A stretch of 64,000 nt of DNA, from the NCBI RefSeq assembly GCF_001194135.2, contig NC_068999.1, positions 12,504,750-12,568,749 on the forward strand, written 5' to 3'. Position numbers and translations under genes: made by a program. The first letter of the stretch is position 1. Every line of letters begins with the position of its first letter. Shown one piece after another: positions 27,131 through 40,893 of this stretch. The notes under the pieces were generated by a model. That model did not search any database and was not told the origin of the DNA. It worked only from the letters and a program-made list of their open reading frames with translations. The DNA comes from Octopus bimaculoides (lineage: Eukaryota).

Positions 27131-28068
27131 TTCATCACTAAGGAAGAAAGCAAAGAGAATGTCGAAAGAACGAATAAATTTCTCAACTGGCACTGGGTTT
27201 GAAAATGCCAAATATTTACTAAAATAAGAACATTAGCTGTGAGTATTCTGTATCGGAAAAAAAATATTGTATATAGTAGCACAGAAATTAGTTCCAGCAA
27301 AGTGGATCAGGTACATACAACTAAATAGAGAAAAACGTTAAACAAAATCGCTTTACTCATATATGTCACCTAGATAGACGATTTGGCATAGTACAGGCTG
27401 GTTTTCTCTCCAAATGAATCTCAACCCCAAAGAGTAATGAATTGGTGAACATGCCGATCCGCTACAGATGCCAAATAGTGTGGTTAAAATACAATCATCG
27501 ATGTGCTATCAAAAGTAACTATTTTCTAGCTGGTAGAGGTTCTTTTGCTCCAGATCTAAGCAAAGTGATAGCATATTGGAAAAGACTAATTCAAAGACCA
27601 AACAAGAAACCTATTAATCCAAATCATTAAAGAACATAAAGTAAAAGTGTTTCACAAATCATCGATCAGGTAGGTGCCTCGCAACTGTTTTTTGGGTGTA
27701 AGGGCTGTAAGCCAAATTGTCAATTATACGGGGANNNNNNNNNNNNNNNNNNNNNNNNNNNNNNNNNNNNNNNNNNNNNNNNNNNNNNNNNNNNNNNNNN
27801 NNNNNNNNNNNNNNNNNNNNNNNNNNNNNNNNNNNNNNNNNNNNNNNNNNNNNNNNNNNNNNNNNNNNNNNNNNNNNNNNNNNNNNNNNNNNNNNNNNNN
27901 NNNNNNNNNNNNNNNNNNNNNNNNNNNNNNNNNNNNNNNNNNNNNNNNNNNNNNNNNNNNNNNNNNNNNNNNNNNNNNNNNNNNNNNNNNNNNNNNNNNN
28001 NNNNNNNNNNNNNNNNNNNNNNNNNNNNNNNNNNNNNNNNNNNNNNNNNNNNNNNNNNNNNNNNNNNN

Positions 28069-28114
<46 letters not shown>

Positions 28115-28221
28115 CATGTATGTATGCATGTATGTATGTACGTATGTGTGTGTGTGTGAGTGTTGGTGTGTATATTTATGTATGTATATATGAGCATATG
28201 CCTTTGTGCTTTTGTGCCTTT

Positions 28222-28336
28222 GTACCACGCCATCGCTTGAGAACAGAAGTTGGTGTTTTTACGTCCCCGTTGGGGTCGATTTGTTCGAGTAAATCGGTGC
28301 TCCAGCATAGCCGCAGTCAAATGACTGAAATAAGTA
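28222..28336 (+). mobile_element. SINE family B 3' half with internal deletion
   Basis: CCATCGCTTGAGAACAGAAGTTGGTGTTTTTACGTCCCCGT|TGGGGTCGATTTGTTCGAGTAAATCGGTGCTCCAGCATAGCCGCAGTCAAATGACTGAAA. Confidence 0.88.
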
Positions 28337-29837
28337 GCTGGATAAAATAATAAAACAAAAGCTAAATAAAGCAGCCATTGCTATAAGAAAACAAAATCAT
28401 CAACAACACGGCAACAGCAGCAGCAGAAGCCAGACTCATATTATAACGTCAACAAAAATAGGTACAAAGACACATGCACTAACATCAGGAACATAAAGAG
28501 CGACTCAGAAAATATAAAACATCGTCAATAGTAGCAACAACACTAACATGAATAATATCCCTGACATCCCCAACAAAAACCCTTAAAGAAGACTACAGAG
28601 CAAATTATAAACCTCTAATTTCAGTTCACTCAGATGTATCTTGCGTGACGATATAAGGACAGGGGTAATTCTGCTCGTAAGAATTTAAATAGATTTTGAC
28701 TGAGGAGAAAATAATTCCTCACAATTCATAATAATTCTGTTTCGTTTATGCTACGCTATTAACTGTATGTAAATATTCATTATGCTTCAAATATCCATCA
28801 TTCATTACTCCATTTCAACTGCTAGAAACTGTGGACACATTTTTATATAGGTTACGTAATGCTGATAATGTCAGAATATTTTACATTATTTCAGGAAATT
28901 ACTGAGATGTAACTCAAAAACTGATTATAGATATCTCTTTATCCTCCTCATCTCTTCTCCATCCTATCTCCACTGTCTCTGTGTTTGCTTTAAATACAAT
29001 AGCTAATATTTCTGTCCCTTGCCGCTTCACTCTATCTTACACATGAATAAGAGATTATTGGAAATATCGAAGCTATCTATTGATATCTTTTTACACGATA
29101 TCATTAACTTTTGTTCCAAAAACTAATCTACATTTTTGTAATACCCTTAATGATACTTAATCTCGCTTAATGATAATTAATTTTGATCGGAAACTCCCAT
29201 TTGGTATTCTAAGTTACCTAATCAATTTATATTCCTCGTCCGATATTGTTCAAAGCCTTCACATTCATGTAATCTATATTCATTACCTGTTTCCGCTTTT
29301 TATTCCCTCATTGTTACCCATGAGACATGAAATAAATGTTTGTATATTTAACCCATTGAAGTCCTTTCTATATTATCTTCCATAGAAATTGGGAATTGCG
29401 TATTATGATAGCATGAAAATGAAACTAATCAACGACTAGAAGAAAGTAAAGGGAAAATAACACACACATTTTGCTGAATCTGGCATTCTAAAATAAGAAC
29501 GTGTCTTGATGTAAATATGTCACACATAAATAATTTAATGATAGGCGTTATATACTGAATGGATAATATCAACTTTTTGGAGATTTCAAAACTCAGAATT
29601 ACGTATCCACCACAAATTACTTTGTGTGTGAAAATCACAGAAAAGAAAAACAATGCAAACCATCGGAAAGAAAATGAATTTCGGGAGAAACCTATAACAG
29701 TGTTGAAGAATAAGTAACAAATGAATATGATAACAATAAAACGGGATGAAGAATTTAGATAACGTAATATTGGTGGTAGAATTAAGTATATATCAACAAG
29801 GTATATATCAATAAGCACGCACATATATCTGTATGTT

Positions 29838-29839
29838 TG

Positions 29840-29881
<42 letters not shown>

Positions 29882-29930
29882 CATCCATCCATCCATCCAT
29901 CCATCCATCCATCTATCTATCTATCTTTCT
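29838..29930. repeat. Compound (ATCT)n/(ATCC)n tetranucleotide repeat
   Basis: Directly visible. Confidence 0.97.
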
Positions 29931-30994
29931 ATCTATTTTCTATCTCTATGGACAGACGGTTTGGAAATTTATAGTATATCTAGCTTGAATCATTTCAGTT
30001 TATGGTGCCTAAACAATATTACGTCATTCAATTCTGCTGGATTTTCTAACATGAAGTAACTTTTGCACATCTGTAGATGGGTCCTTCTCCTTTTAGTATC
30101 TTTACATTTTACATTTATGCTGTTACTCCAAATGTATCAAACAATAGTTACTCGCGGCAAACCGATATTCATGTTAGACCGTTAATTTTTAAGATACGGT
30201 TCGTTCACCTTCGAAGTTATAACTTGGTGAGCCATGTCCTTTTCATATACGGCTGCTCAATAATATCATATTCAGTCCCACATATTTTCGATGGTAGAAT
30301 CTGAAAAAAAAAACGATATTAGCCAAAATTCACTAAGTTTAATATTCTTCGAAATCATTCAGTTTAAATTTGTTGAGTGTACGCATGAGTATTCACAAAT
30401 TTAAAACTATCAGTAGCCATCGGTTGTCCAGTTCCAGTGTAAGGGAAATATAAGATGACTGATGGGAGCTCAACCAGAAGAGTACTTTATCGTTAGTGCT
30501 TCCGTCTAATCATACACCGTTAATGCTAACCACAAAACTGAAGGATTTTACAATTCGAGATTTTCGTTCGTTCCTAACACGAATATGGCTCCCTTACACA
30601 AATTTGTTTGAGAGAGCACTTATATAATCTTTTGGAATAACTGTATATGTTCGTGGGTGGTTCTATGGGAGTCATTGGTGCAATGTAGCACTCCTCCGAT
30701 GTTTCACAGGTCCAGCCATACTTCTGTACAAGAGTGTTAACACAGTTAGTGAAGCGACTTTGATAAAAGAAAAGTGGTGAGCGTATGGGAAGCCGAACGG
30801 GTGTATGAAATGCTGAAGGAATATGTTAATATGTTAATGAATATTTTCTCACGTCTGTATTCAGAAACTAAATTAATCATTCTGAAAAATAGTCATTACA
30901 TCATGAATATACATATATGTAATGCTGTACATAAAATTTATAAAAAGTAATGTTAAACCACTTCGTAATAATCCTTATTATAAGTATTATTGTT

Positions 30995-31212
30995 AAGGCG
31001 GCGAGGTGAAAGCAACCTTAGAACGCCGGGAGAAATGCTTAGCGGTATTTCGTCTGTCTTTACAAACTGTGTTCAAATTCTGTCGATCGACTTCGGTTTT
31101 CATCCTTTCGGGATCGACTAAATAAGTAGCAGTTATGAACTGGTGTCAATGTAATCGACTTAATCTCTTTCCCCAAATTGGAGGCTTTGTTCTTCCAGTA
31201 GAAATGATTATA
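30995..31212 (+). mobile_element. SINE family A, full-length
   Basis: AAGGCGGCGAGGTGAAAGC..CGCCGGGAGAAATGCTTAGCGGTATTTCGTCTGTCTTTAC..CATCCTTTCGGGATCGAC..CCAGTAGAAATGATTAT. Confidence 0.94.
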
Positions 31213-31269
31213 ATTACACACACACACACACACACACACAATCATACACACACACACACATACAATCAT

Positions 31270-31304
<35 letters not shown>

Positions 31305-31317
31305 AATCAATAATAAT

Positions 31318-31427
31318 AATCTTTTCTATTCTAGGCACAAGGTCCGAAACTCCGAACGCAGCAACGAGCGAAATACTACTACGAATTTCACCCACCGTGC
31401 TGACGATTCTACCAGCTCGCCACCTTG
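31318..31427 (-). mobile_element. SINE family A, internally deleted (head joined to 3' end)
   Basis: Reverse complement: AGGTGGCGAGCTGGTAGAATCGTCAGCACGG..GTATTTCGCTCG..GGAGTTTCGGACCTTGTGCCTAGAATAGAAAAGATT. Confidence 0.88.
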
Positions 31428-32169
31428 TATGTATAGTTATATTAAAAACAATTTTATATTAACCTGAAAGTCTATTCTATCAATGTGTAAGAACGCACGC
31501 ACGCGCGCACACCCACACCCACACACACCTTTCAAAAACGAGAAAAGAAACATATTGAAAGTTAACTTTATTCAGTTTCAGCAATAATTTATATTCCGTC
31601 GACCTAGAGTGACATGGACTTTCGTATTTGTGTTATTTTGTTTACTCTGTAAGTTTTGCGTTTATTATTCTGCATTTTTTTTAGCCTTAATATGGAATAT
31701 GCACTGCTATTTTGTGTTCGCATAAGACGTTACCCGTTTTATGATTGACAGTCGGTAGTCGAATGCTCTAAATATGTCATACTTAGCTGAATAACGGCGT
31801 GACAATGATATCAGAATAAATTGACATACACATACATACAGACACACACACACATGTACATATGAAAATATATTTTTGTATATAAAGATAAAATCCTAAA
31901 TATTCATGCATATTATATCTTTCTCCGCATTAACACATTCACACACTTTAGCGTATGCGAGTAATACTTTTTATTAATCGTGTAACCACGCAAAAAATAA
32001 TTGATGAAAGATGATATGCTTTCTCTTTTGAGGGCCACTGATACATTTCGCTGCAGTTACTATCATCTAAATTTCTGTGGCTACTCTCTTAATATTCTCG
32101 TATTTTAGACTGAACAACTTTTCTAACGTAGACGTCATCTATGACAATGTTCAACGGTACTTATCCGTT

Positions 32170-32720
32170 GTTTGTTGTCTCCATGTGTGTTCACTTTTAC
32201 GAAATGAGGCACATAGTAATTTTGTTGTGAAATAATGCATATTTGAATTGCTTTTAAGGACATGTGCTACAAGATATTTCTTCATTCCTTAGTAATGTCA
32301 TGGGGAGTCACGCAACTCGTTTCACAAACACAGCGGGGACTATTACAATGAGATCATCTCCGTCATCGCGAAATGTTCACCGGATTAAACAATGTCCTAG
32401 ATGGACGACCTTTCTTATTTAGTGGGTTCGTGTCACACATGAAAATAATATTACTCAAAGAACCCTTTAATTCCTCTGGGTTGTCATTAAACATGCGTCT
32501 GTAAATATCTATTCTAACGTTGCAACAGAGTGTAACTTGTTGTTTGTCCCAATCTTCCATTGTTCGGCCAGCGACATATTGCCAATTGCACCAATGGTTC
32601 CTTCACCCAAACGAAGTATATGTGATGTGGGTGTTAGTAAAGTAAAGGCAAGTTTCAGACCAACATAGCAATGAAATCTTGAGCACGATGAGCTAGCAGA
32701 TGTAAGCATTGCTTGAAAAG
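32170..32720 (-). mobile_element. Possible very old DNA transposase relic (Merlin-like or other DDE)
   Basis: Higher-complexity segment; minus-strand peptide pieces IYRRMFNDNPEELKGSLSNIIFMCDT..KKGRPSR and NISRDDGDDLIVIVP (across a frameshift) weakly echo Merlin motifs; judged by eye only. Confidence 0.2.
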
Positions 32721-34403
32721 AACAATTTCTATTTCCATACGCATCATACATAAGCGGCTTTGTCTTATATTTTGTAACTTAGGTTGTTTCAAACGACGAA
32801 ATATCAAAACTTAGAATTACATCTGTTCATTTCGTCACATAGAAGAAAGAAACATTCTTGAAAAAGTAGAGCTATACAAAATGCCAATAGCTATTCGTCA
32901 GAAGAAAAAAAAAGTGCCATAAACGAAATGGCAGTGAATATTGAATACTGGAGACAATGAAATTAATACATAAAGGAATTGAAGACAATATCTCCAATTT
33001 TGCGTCTGTTTGATTGTCCGTTAAGAATTTAGAGTAAATCATTGCATAATAGAACAACACACGGTCTCAGTTTCCTTACAGGCAATATCCAATAGCTCAT
33101 TATCATTCACGCCAGTATCAAAGAAGCCAGAGAAATCAATAAAAAGAAATAGCTACTAAACATTTGCTTTCAAATAATGATTATTAAGTCAAACCGATGT
33201 TATCTTCAGACCGTATTGTGTTGAAGTATGATAGTTTTCTAACCAATGTGTTTATTCACAAGCGTAGTATTGAGAATGTCTCTGCACTCTGTAACATTTA
33301 AGACAAATCGTATGAAAAGTTAACTTTTACGAATGTTGTTAGGTCGGTACTCACAACTAAAATACACGAAGCAAATAAACTTTAATTAAATGAAATTCCA
33401 CTTGTCATAAGGAAAACTATTCATTAGTGTTATTGAGAACAACAGTGTAGAAAGTCAGGTGGACAGAATTGAGATCAAAATTAAGCAGAAATAGACAAAA
33501 TGGGTACATCAATTTCCACTGGAGACCGATCAGTTTTTGCTTCATTTTTCCTTTTAGTGGTGAACCGTGGTTTCACTGGTTATTTAAAATACTGTTTAGC
33601 CTCCCCAGTGAATTGCGGGGAGATTTTAAATTCGCATGCATATACACACATACATACATACATACATACATAATACATACATAAATACATACATACACAC
33701 GCACACACACACACACATATATATATAATAACATAAATAATATATAATTATATGCATATATCCATACATATATGTACATACCGACATCTATATGTATACA
33801 TACAAGCATATATGGGTACGAGACATTACAAAAGACGTTAAACACAATGAGAAACTCAAACATAAAGACGAGGACGTAAAATGACCTGTTTTTTCGAACA
33901 ACGAAATAAAACAAACAGAGAAACGAGACATGCAACATAAAGAATATTACCCATCTTCAGTTGTCCCGGCTCCATCTACACCGCGTTTCGAAGGTGTATA
34001 CATGTACTAGAAGGACCCGTGGAAATTCCACGGAATGGATTGCGAGGACCAATTTAAGAAAGAAATGAATGTTTTGCATTTTCATAGCATCTATAATTTA
34101 GCTTAGTCTATATATTCTGGACGTTCGTCTACATTCATTTCCTCACGTCTCTGTCGATGTTTTCTTTTCCCGCTTTTTATTATATGTTCTCGATGTTTCT
34201 CTCTGATCCGTGTTCTATATCTGCGAATTCATTCTAGAGCAGCTTGCAACTTAGTTTCTTGTNNNNNNNNNNNNNNNNNNNNNNNNNNNNNNNNNNNNNN
34301 NNNNNNNNNNNNNNNNNNNNNNNNNNNNNNNNNNNNNNNNNNNNNNNNNNNNNNNNNNNNNNNNNNNNNNNNNNNNNNNNNNNNNNNNNNNNNNNNNNNN
34401 NNN

Positions 34404-34435
<32 letters not shown>

Positions 34436-34890
34436 ACATATACATACATGCATAGATAATCACATACACAGACAATAGATACCAATAGCTATGCTCATAT
34501 GCACACATACATGGAGATAGCTGTATGTGCACCAAGTCACATATGAAGAACCATACATGTATAAACATATACACATATATAGACGAAGTTATATATACAC
34601 ACGTATGCATACACATGCACACATTTATATGTCATCGCTTAAGCACAACTCACAGTTTGTCGACATAGAGCGTGTACACCCGTATATTGGTTATAAACCG
34701 TGGTTTATATATAACACTTTTGTTTTATGAATATCATTATTCACAACAAATATTTGGTATTAAACCAGTAATTCTTTGTGTGATACCATCCATCAATCAG
34801 GCTAATATAACGCCTAATTGAATATATATATATATTTATATATGTCCGTGTGCCTATAGTTCTTTCTTGTGTATGTATCTATATACGTTG

Positions 34891-34923
<33 letters not shown>

Positions 34924-35457
34924 ATAGTGAATGTATCTCTGTGTATAATATGCATTCATATAACTGTCACATAATTTGTTCATATTTTGTACGCTATTGT
35001 CTCCATATGTCTAAGTCATGTATAATTAGATACACACCTTTTTCAATTACATATTCACTTACGATTGTAATATAAATTATATATAATTTGAATTATTTTC
35101 GTTTATGGAAACTACAAGAACAACATGGTTATTCATACAATATATATTTTCCTGGTGTGTATATTTGTATATATGCCTAATTTTCGAAATAACTATGTTA
35201 CAGTTCATGTAGAATATAATCTATGCGGGTGTATACATGTATGCGTAACTGAACAATTGTTTTCCCATACACATGTATGTACGCTAACATATTTTTGGCT
35301 TTTAAATATTGTTCACTGTTTTTTGTTTAAATTGATTGTATAATGACACAACATTTGTATATGTATATCGTCTCCACCTTATGCCATGCTTATAGCGTGT
35401 GGCGATGTATGTATGGACATGTGTATGTATATGAATCAATGCATGTTATCTATGATA

Positions 35458-35822
35458 GGCGCAGGCGTGGTTGTGTGGTGAGAAACTTGCTTTCCAACCA
35501 CGTGGACCAGTGATCAATTGAACTGTGTATCATCTTCAAGAAATGCTTCCAATTTTAGCCGCGTACCGACCAAAACATTGTCAGTGGATTTGGTAGAGGG
35601 AAACTGAAATAAGCCTGTTGTATATAGGTGTGTGTGTTTTTGTGTCTGTGGTTCTCGCTTGACAATTGATATTGATGTGTTTCTGTTCCCCGTATCTTAG
35701 CAGTTCTGCATAAGACGTCAATAGAATAAGTACCAAGCTTACAAAGAATCAGTCCCGAGGTGGTTTTTGTCGACTAAAAAGATGTTCTCAATCATCGCTG
35801 CAGTCAACTGAAGAGAAAAGTA
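35458..35822 (+). mobile_element. SINE family B, degenerate full-length
   Basis: GGCGCAGGCGTGGTTGTGTGGTGAGAAACTTGCTTTCCAACCAC..GTGGATTTGGTAGAGGGAAACTGAAA..AATAGAATAAGTACCAAGCTTACAAAGAATCAGTCCC. Confidence 0.9.
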
Positions 35823-36185
35823 AATATATATATATTATATTACGGCGATGTACTTGCATAGCAAGTAACCTTATCTGAGATCGTGTGCTGGAACGAAAAC
35901 AATTGCAGCGTGGAAGGTGTTTATAAGCCATTTAAGAAACACACACCAAAAAAACCGTTAGATTCACTTCAACGTTTAAATTTAATTTGCCAAAATATGT
36001 TCGTCTCTTTGAGACGGTGACCTGTTCACCGACAAAATTCCGTTCTGACATATATATATATATATANNNNNNNNNNNNNNNNNNNNNNNNNNNNNNNNNN
36101 NNNNNNNNNNNNNNNNNNNNNNNNNNNNNNNNNNNNNNNNNNNNNNNNNNNNNNNNNNNNNNNNTATATGCATCTCTGGAATGAA

Positions 36186-36352
36186 TGTATTTCGATTCTC
36201 TTTACGTTCTGGGTTCAAATTCCGCTGAGCTCGACTTTCATTTTCATCCTTTCGGGGTCGATAAGTTAAGTACCAGCTGTGTACTGATATCGATCTAATC
36301 GACTGGTCCCCCACTCCAAAATGTTCGTGCCTTGTACCTAGAGTAGAAAATA
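36186..36352 (+). mobile_element. SINE family A lacking its head
   Basis: GTATTTCGATTCTCTTTACGTTCTGGGTTCAAATTCCGCTGAGCTCGACTTT..CATCCTTTCGGGGTCGATAAGTTAAGTACCAG..CCTTGTACCTAGAGTAGAAAA. Confidence 0.92.
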
Positions 36353-38261
36353 ATATAGTGCGATAGAACAGTTTAATTAAATTGAATAGAATTAAAATAT
36401 TAATTTAACGTATAATCAATTTTGTTTTCATCAAAATGATTTTGATATCCATATTTATTATGCATCCACAGGTTTAACTTTTTTTTCATTCAGAATATAA
36501 ACGTGATTGCCTGTATTTATTTTATTTTATTTTTTTTGCACCATACTACAAGACATTTGGCCGTGATTTAAAATGGTATTTTGTTTTTGAGAAATGCTTG
36601 GATCACAGAATCTTATATTGGAGAGAATCAGAAGAATACAATCGACAAAATCAAAAAATATATGCAGGAATAGATTAAAAAGTAAAAACCCGTTGATTAA
36701 TACATGAACACAATTTCAGGAATTTCTGTGATTATTTGGAAAGCTATTTATATCGAAGCAAGAAGTATTGATTTGAGGAAGATTTGTATTACTGCCAATA
36801 TAGCCGATACTACATTAGAAAATACTATTAATTTTCGATTGTATAGATTTTTCGTATAATAATTATTTATTTTGACGAGGCAAAATGCCAATAACTATAG
36901 CACAAATGCCAATTCCTCTAGTGGTGTCTAATAAACTAAATTGCTCCCCGCAAATTCATGATAAATTTACTGATACACCATTCAAAAATGAATTTAAGAA
37001 AAATTAACTCAATTTCTTTTGGCAAGCAACAAACCAAACAATTCGCGGAAGGCATCTAGGAGAAACTCTTCGCGGTCGATCGACTTTCAAGATATAACAG
37101 GAAACTTGTTTTAAAATTATATTGTATCGTATTTAAATTTACATAGTTTGTTTCCTATTTTGATGTACTAGTTTATGTTCTAACACCAGCGGTATGTGTA
37201 ATAGTAGATTTGCCTGACATATTGGACCGGTGACTAAGCGTGGAATGCAAAGATAGTTATGTTAATGATAATTCTTGTTTGATCCTTTAAAAACAACAGT
37301 TAAATCTTCTACGAATGATGATATATCACGTCACAATTTTAGAGCCATTTATCATAGAGATCCTTGAGTGGGTTCGCCTTGCAATTAAGCAGTTATACTC
37401 CTTACATACGTCCGATGATAGAAATATGAGCGAAAACGCTTTTTCATAAAATTGATGCATATTTGATAAATATTGAATTTCACTGATCACCGATGAACGA
37501 ATTGTGAAGCTGACGTCAAGCGTAATTGAAATCAGAACGCAAAGAACTGGGGGAAAACAGCACAAGTCATTCTGTCTGATGACAATGATTATAACAGCTA
37601 AGCGAGACGGCATAACCCATGTCTATTGCGAGAGTGGCTTGATTACTTATACAGAATAAGCTACCCGTTTTTAGTGCTAATTATAATTATTCCCTCAAAT
37701 ATGACCTTATCCACTGCGAGAATTCAAATCACTGATTAAAGACTTATCGTAATTATTTTGTGTAAAGCTCTAAATTATTCTTCGTCCATATTCCGATTAT
37801 ATATGGATTTCTAAAGTAGGAATAAACTCACAATTATGATTGATCGATATCATCAATTTCATCAATTATATTAGCAGGCAGACATGGTCTAAGATATACG
37901 GAGTTCTTTTTGGAATCATGACATGTTTGCGGGGTGGGGGTGGGGGTCTGTCACACAGCACACAACTCATTTTTTGAATAGTAACTTTGCAAGCTTTTGC
38001 TTTTCCTGTAAAATTTATAGATGGTTCAGGCTTAGGGGGCTTATGGACTAGCAGTAACCCGTATTGAAAATGCCTGGCTTGCCATTATTTTTTAAGCTGA
38101 TTATCAGAGAATGGTTAATCTGCTAAGAATGCATATATCCAATATTACTCAGTAACTTATACGCTTATTTAATAACATTCTCTTCTCTTGTTTGATAATT
38201 TGATACACTGTTTCTATAAACAGAAGAACTTTCAAGCAACTGACTTAACTTAGAATTTAGG

Positions 38262-38310
38262 TACATTATTTACATTATTTACATTATTTACATTATTTAC
38301 ATTATTTACA
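38262..38310. repeat. 9-bp tandem repeat (TACATTATT) x5
   Basis: Directly visible. Confidence 0.95.
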
Positions 38311-38455
38311 ATTGACGGATATTTGTCCTTATCTTGTTTGTTGTTAACACAACTTTTCGGCTGATATGCCTTCCAGCCTTTATCATCCTCCTCATCGTCG
38401 TCGTCGTCGTCATCAGCTGCAGTAGCAGCATCAGTAATGGTATTTATAATAATAA

Positions 38456-38491
<36 letters not shown>

Positions 38492-39513
38492 CTCCGTGCA
38501 TAGATTTGTTCTTCATCGAAAAAACAATAACCAGGGATTATAAACAACAAAATAATGGAGGCGACACTATTCTTCTTGCGACGTCTTTCGATTCCTTACG
38601 GAAAGGTATCGCTAATAAATGAATATAATATCTGAAATTATAATGCTTTCTACTAAATTCTATAAATATTTAATCAAATCTCATTTTTTGAACATAGAAA
38701 CTTATCATGTTTTGCCAAGACAATCAAGGCCGTCCTTACAGAATATATCATCAACATCAACGTAATTGGATTTGAATACATAAGAGTGTTAGAGTAAATC
38801 TCTTGCTGCAGCAGACACATATTTAATACTTAGTACAAAGGAAACCAATTATATTTGGTGTAATAATGAGCCTATCGTTACCGGATCTCAAAATCTCAAA
38901 TCGGTACCATTTTCTTTCATTGATTACATATATGGTTCTTTCCACGAGTGTATGGCTCTAAACTTTATATCATACTGATACGATTAAGCGTACAATACTA
39001 GTTTGTTTACGCACTTCCATACTGTAAAGTTGAATAAATGAGAAATATACAGCAAGAGTTCTGAGTAATTGCTGCTACGTCTGGAAAATTTAATATATGA
39101 CAATATTGAACAGCACCATATGTTAACTGCCTGCGTTTTAACTTGTCGGCTATAGTGGAACATATGGTATAACTGTTATGGTCTCAACTAGTCTCTGCGG
39201 GTACACTAAATGCACTACTTCAAACATAGTCTCATATCAGGCCATAATTTAATCTCTGTTCGGTGTTCAGATATTCGTAATGCTGAAACTGTCTTTCGTC
39301 ATTTAGATAACGATTATTGCAGTCTGCTTCAAAATGGCTCACGCGTTGGAAAAGCTATTCTTCAGTATTTGTTCCAAAGATTTATATTCTTAGTTCAAGT
39401 CCCACTGATTCGTTTAACCATTCAATCCTATGGTGTAGAGAAAATAACGTATCACTCATGGTCTAGTGTCAATATAATGGCTGGAACGTTCACTTTAATA
39501 TTAATTGTCTTGA

Positions 39514-39693
39514 AAGGCGGTGAGCTAGCAGAATCGTTACCACGCTAGGGAAACTGCTTAGCGATTTTCGTTAGTCTTTATGCTCTCAATTCAAATTCCG
39601 ACGGTAGGATAAGAATCTGTCGAGTACAGGGGTTGATGTAATCGACGTACCCCGACGTACCCCGGCCTCGTGCCAAACTTTGAAGCCAATATT
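39514..39693 (+). mobile_element. SINE family A with internal deletion and a 10-bp local duplication (CGACGTACCC x2)
   Basis: AAGGCGGTGAGCTAGCAGAATCGTTACCACGC..TTCAAATTCCGAC..GGGGTTGATGTAATCGAC..CCTCGTGCCAAACTTTGAA. Confidence 0.9.
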
Positions 39694-40738
39694 GCTTGTC
39701 TGATATCAAAATAAGAAACTATCATATATGTTCCTCTACAAATAAGTACCAATAATATTCTATGTTGCTTAGTTGACATTTTTTACCATCCATTTTAGTG
39801 CATCTAATTTTACTTTCTCAAGTATTTTTAATAGCGGAATAAAACGAGAGAATATAGTATATCCTATGCGATACGTTGTATTGGAGGATATACTAGATAC
39901 ATTTCTATTTAATTACATATTATCGTCTCAGAAAGAAGTTACGAACAATCGTTAAATATATTCTGAATACACCATTCCTATGAGCATGAAGTGGTGGAAA
40001 ACAAAGTTGAGATGACAATCACTATAACTCTGGCCATTCTAAGTCATTATTGAACAAAGAAATAATAGTAAGATATAAAACGCGTTTTTTTTTTGTGGAA
40101 GCTTCAGACAAGAAAACTCTTAGAGTTGATCGATTTCGTTATGATCGAACTTGTTTAGTATGTTGATATTTTTTTCGCAATTTCGGAAGATGTGATCTTC
40201 GGGTTTTAGTCACGTATATATGCGTGTTCACACGAGCCCGTTCGTTACATTACGTTCGTAAACGGCTTAATAAAAATATTTTCCCAAATTTTATCTAAAT
40301 TACATCATACTGTAATGAAGGCAGTAATTATTAAAGATCGGTAGGCTTGCTTAAATATATAACATTTCTATCTTGAAAGGTTCAATCATCCTCTCAAGAT
40401 AAAATATTATAAAGCTGCCCTATTTTTGTAATATTTCAATAATACGCTTGATGATGTATACGTAAATTAAAATGTATTGTGGTACACAATGTGTAAATAA
40501 TAAAAAAAAAAAAACTTTGGATATTGGAGGACGTGGGACGTGTAATACATGTTCGAAAGAAACTTGTTAGTTGTGGCTTCAATGCAAGAGAATAGATGAA
40601 GCGTGACTGTTATTTTAAAGCAAAAATTTGTATTTTACTATAATATCTTTTGACGAAATCTATTTGTTCAAATAAGGCATGTGACAGAAATTATTCATTT
40701 ATGATACAAAGAATCAATAAAATAAAGTATTGAAGATG

Positions 40739-40893
40739 GATGAGATAGTATAGAGGATAGTGAAGACGGCGCTCTGCAATTGTGATCCCATGAGTCAGAG
40801 TGGCTGATGCAGCGCATCTCACTCGCCATCCTACGGGGCAACCACTGTTCTGTTTTGTCTGCTGGAGTCGTGAGAAATGTTTCTGTATTGTGA
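40739..40893 (+). mobile_element. C-terminal fragment of a CRE-like (RLE) non-LTR retrotransposon ORF
   Basis: DEIV*RIVKTALCNCDP, a frameshift, then (H)ESEWLMQRISLAILRGNHCSVLSAG; resembles the ELGRR....TGDPRE..(F/W)L.QR(L/I)S.A(I/V)QRGNA..VL end of CRE-clade ORFs. Confidence 0.65.

Noticed and set aside
37930-37950. G-rich GGGGTGGGGGTGGGGG as a G-quadruplex
   Set aside because: Only three G-tracts, so no canonical intramolecular G4
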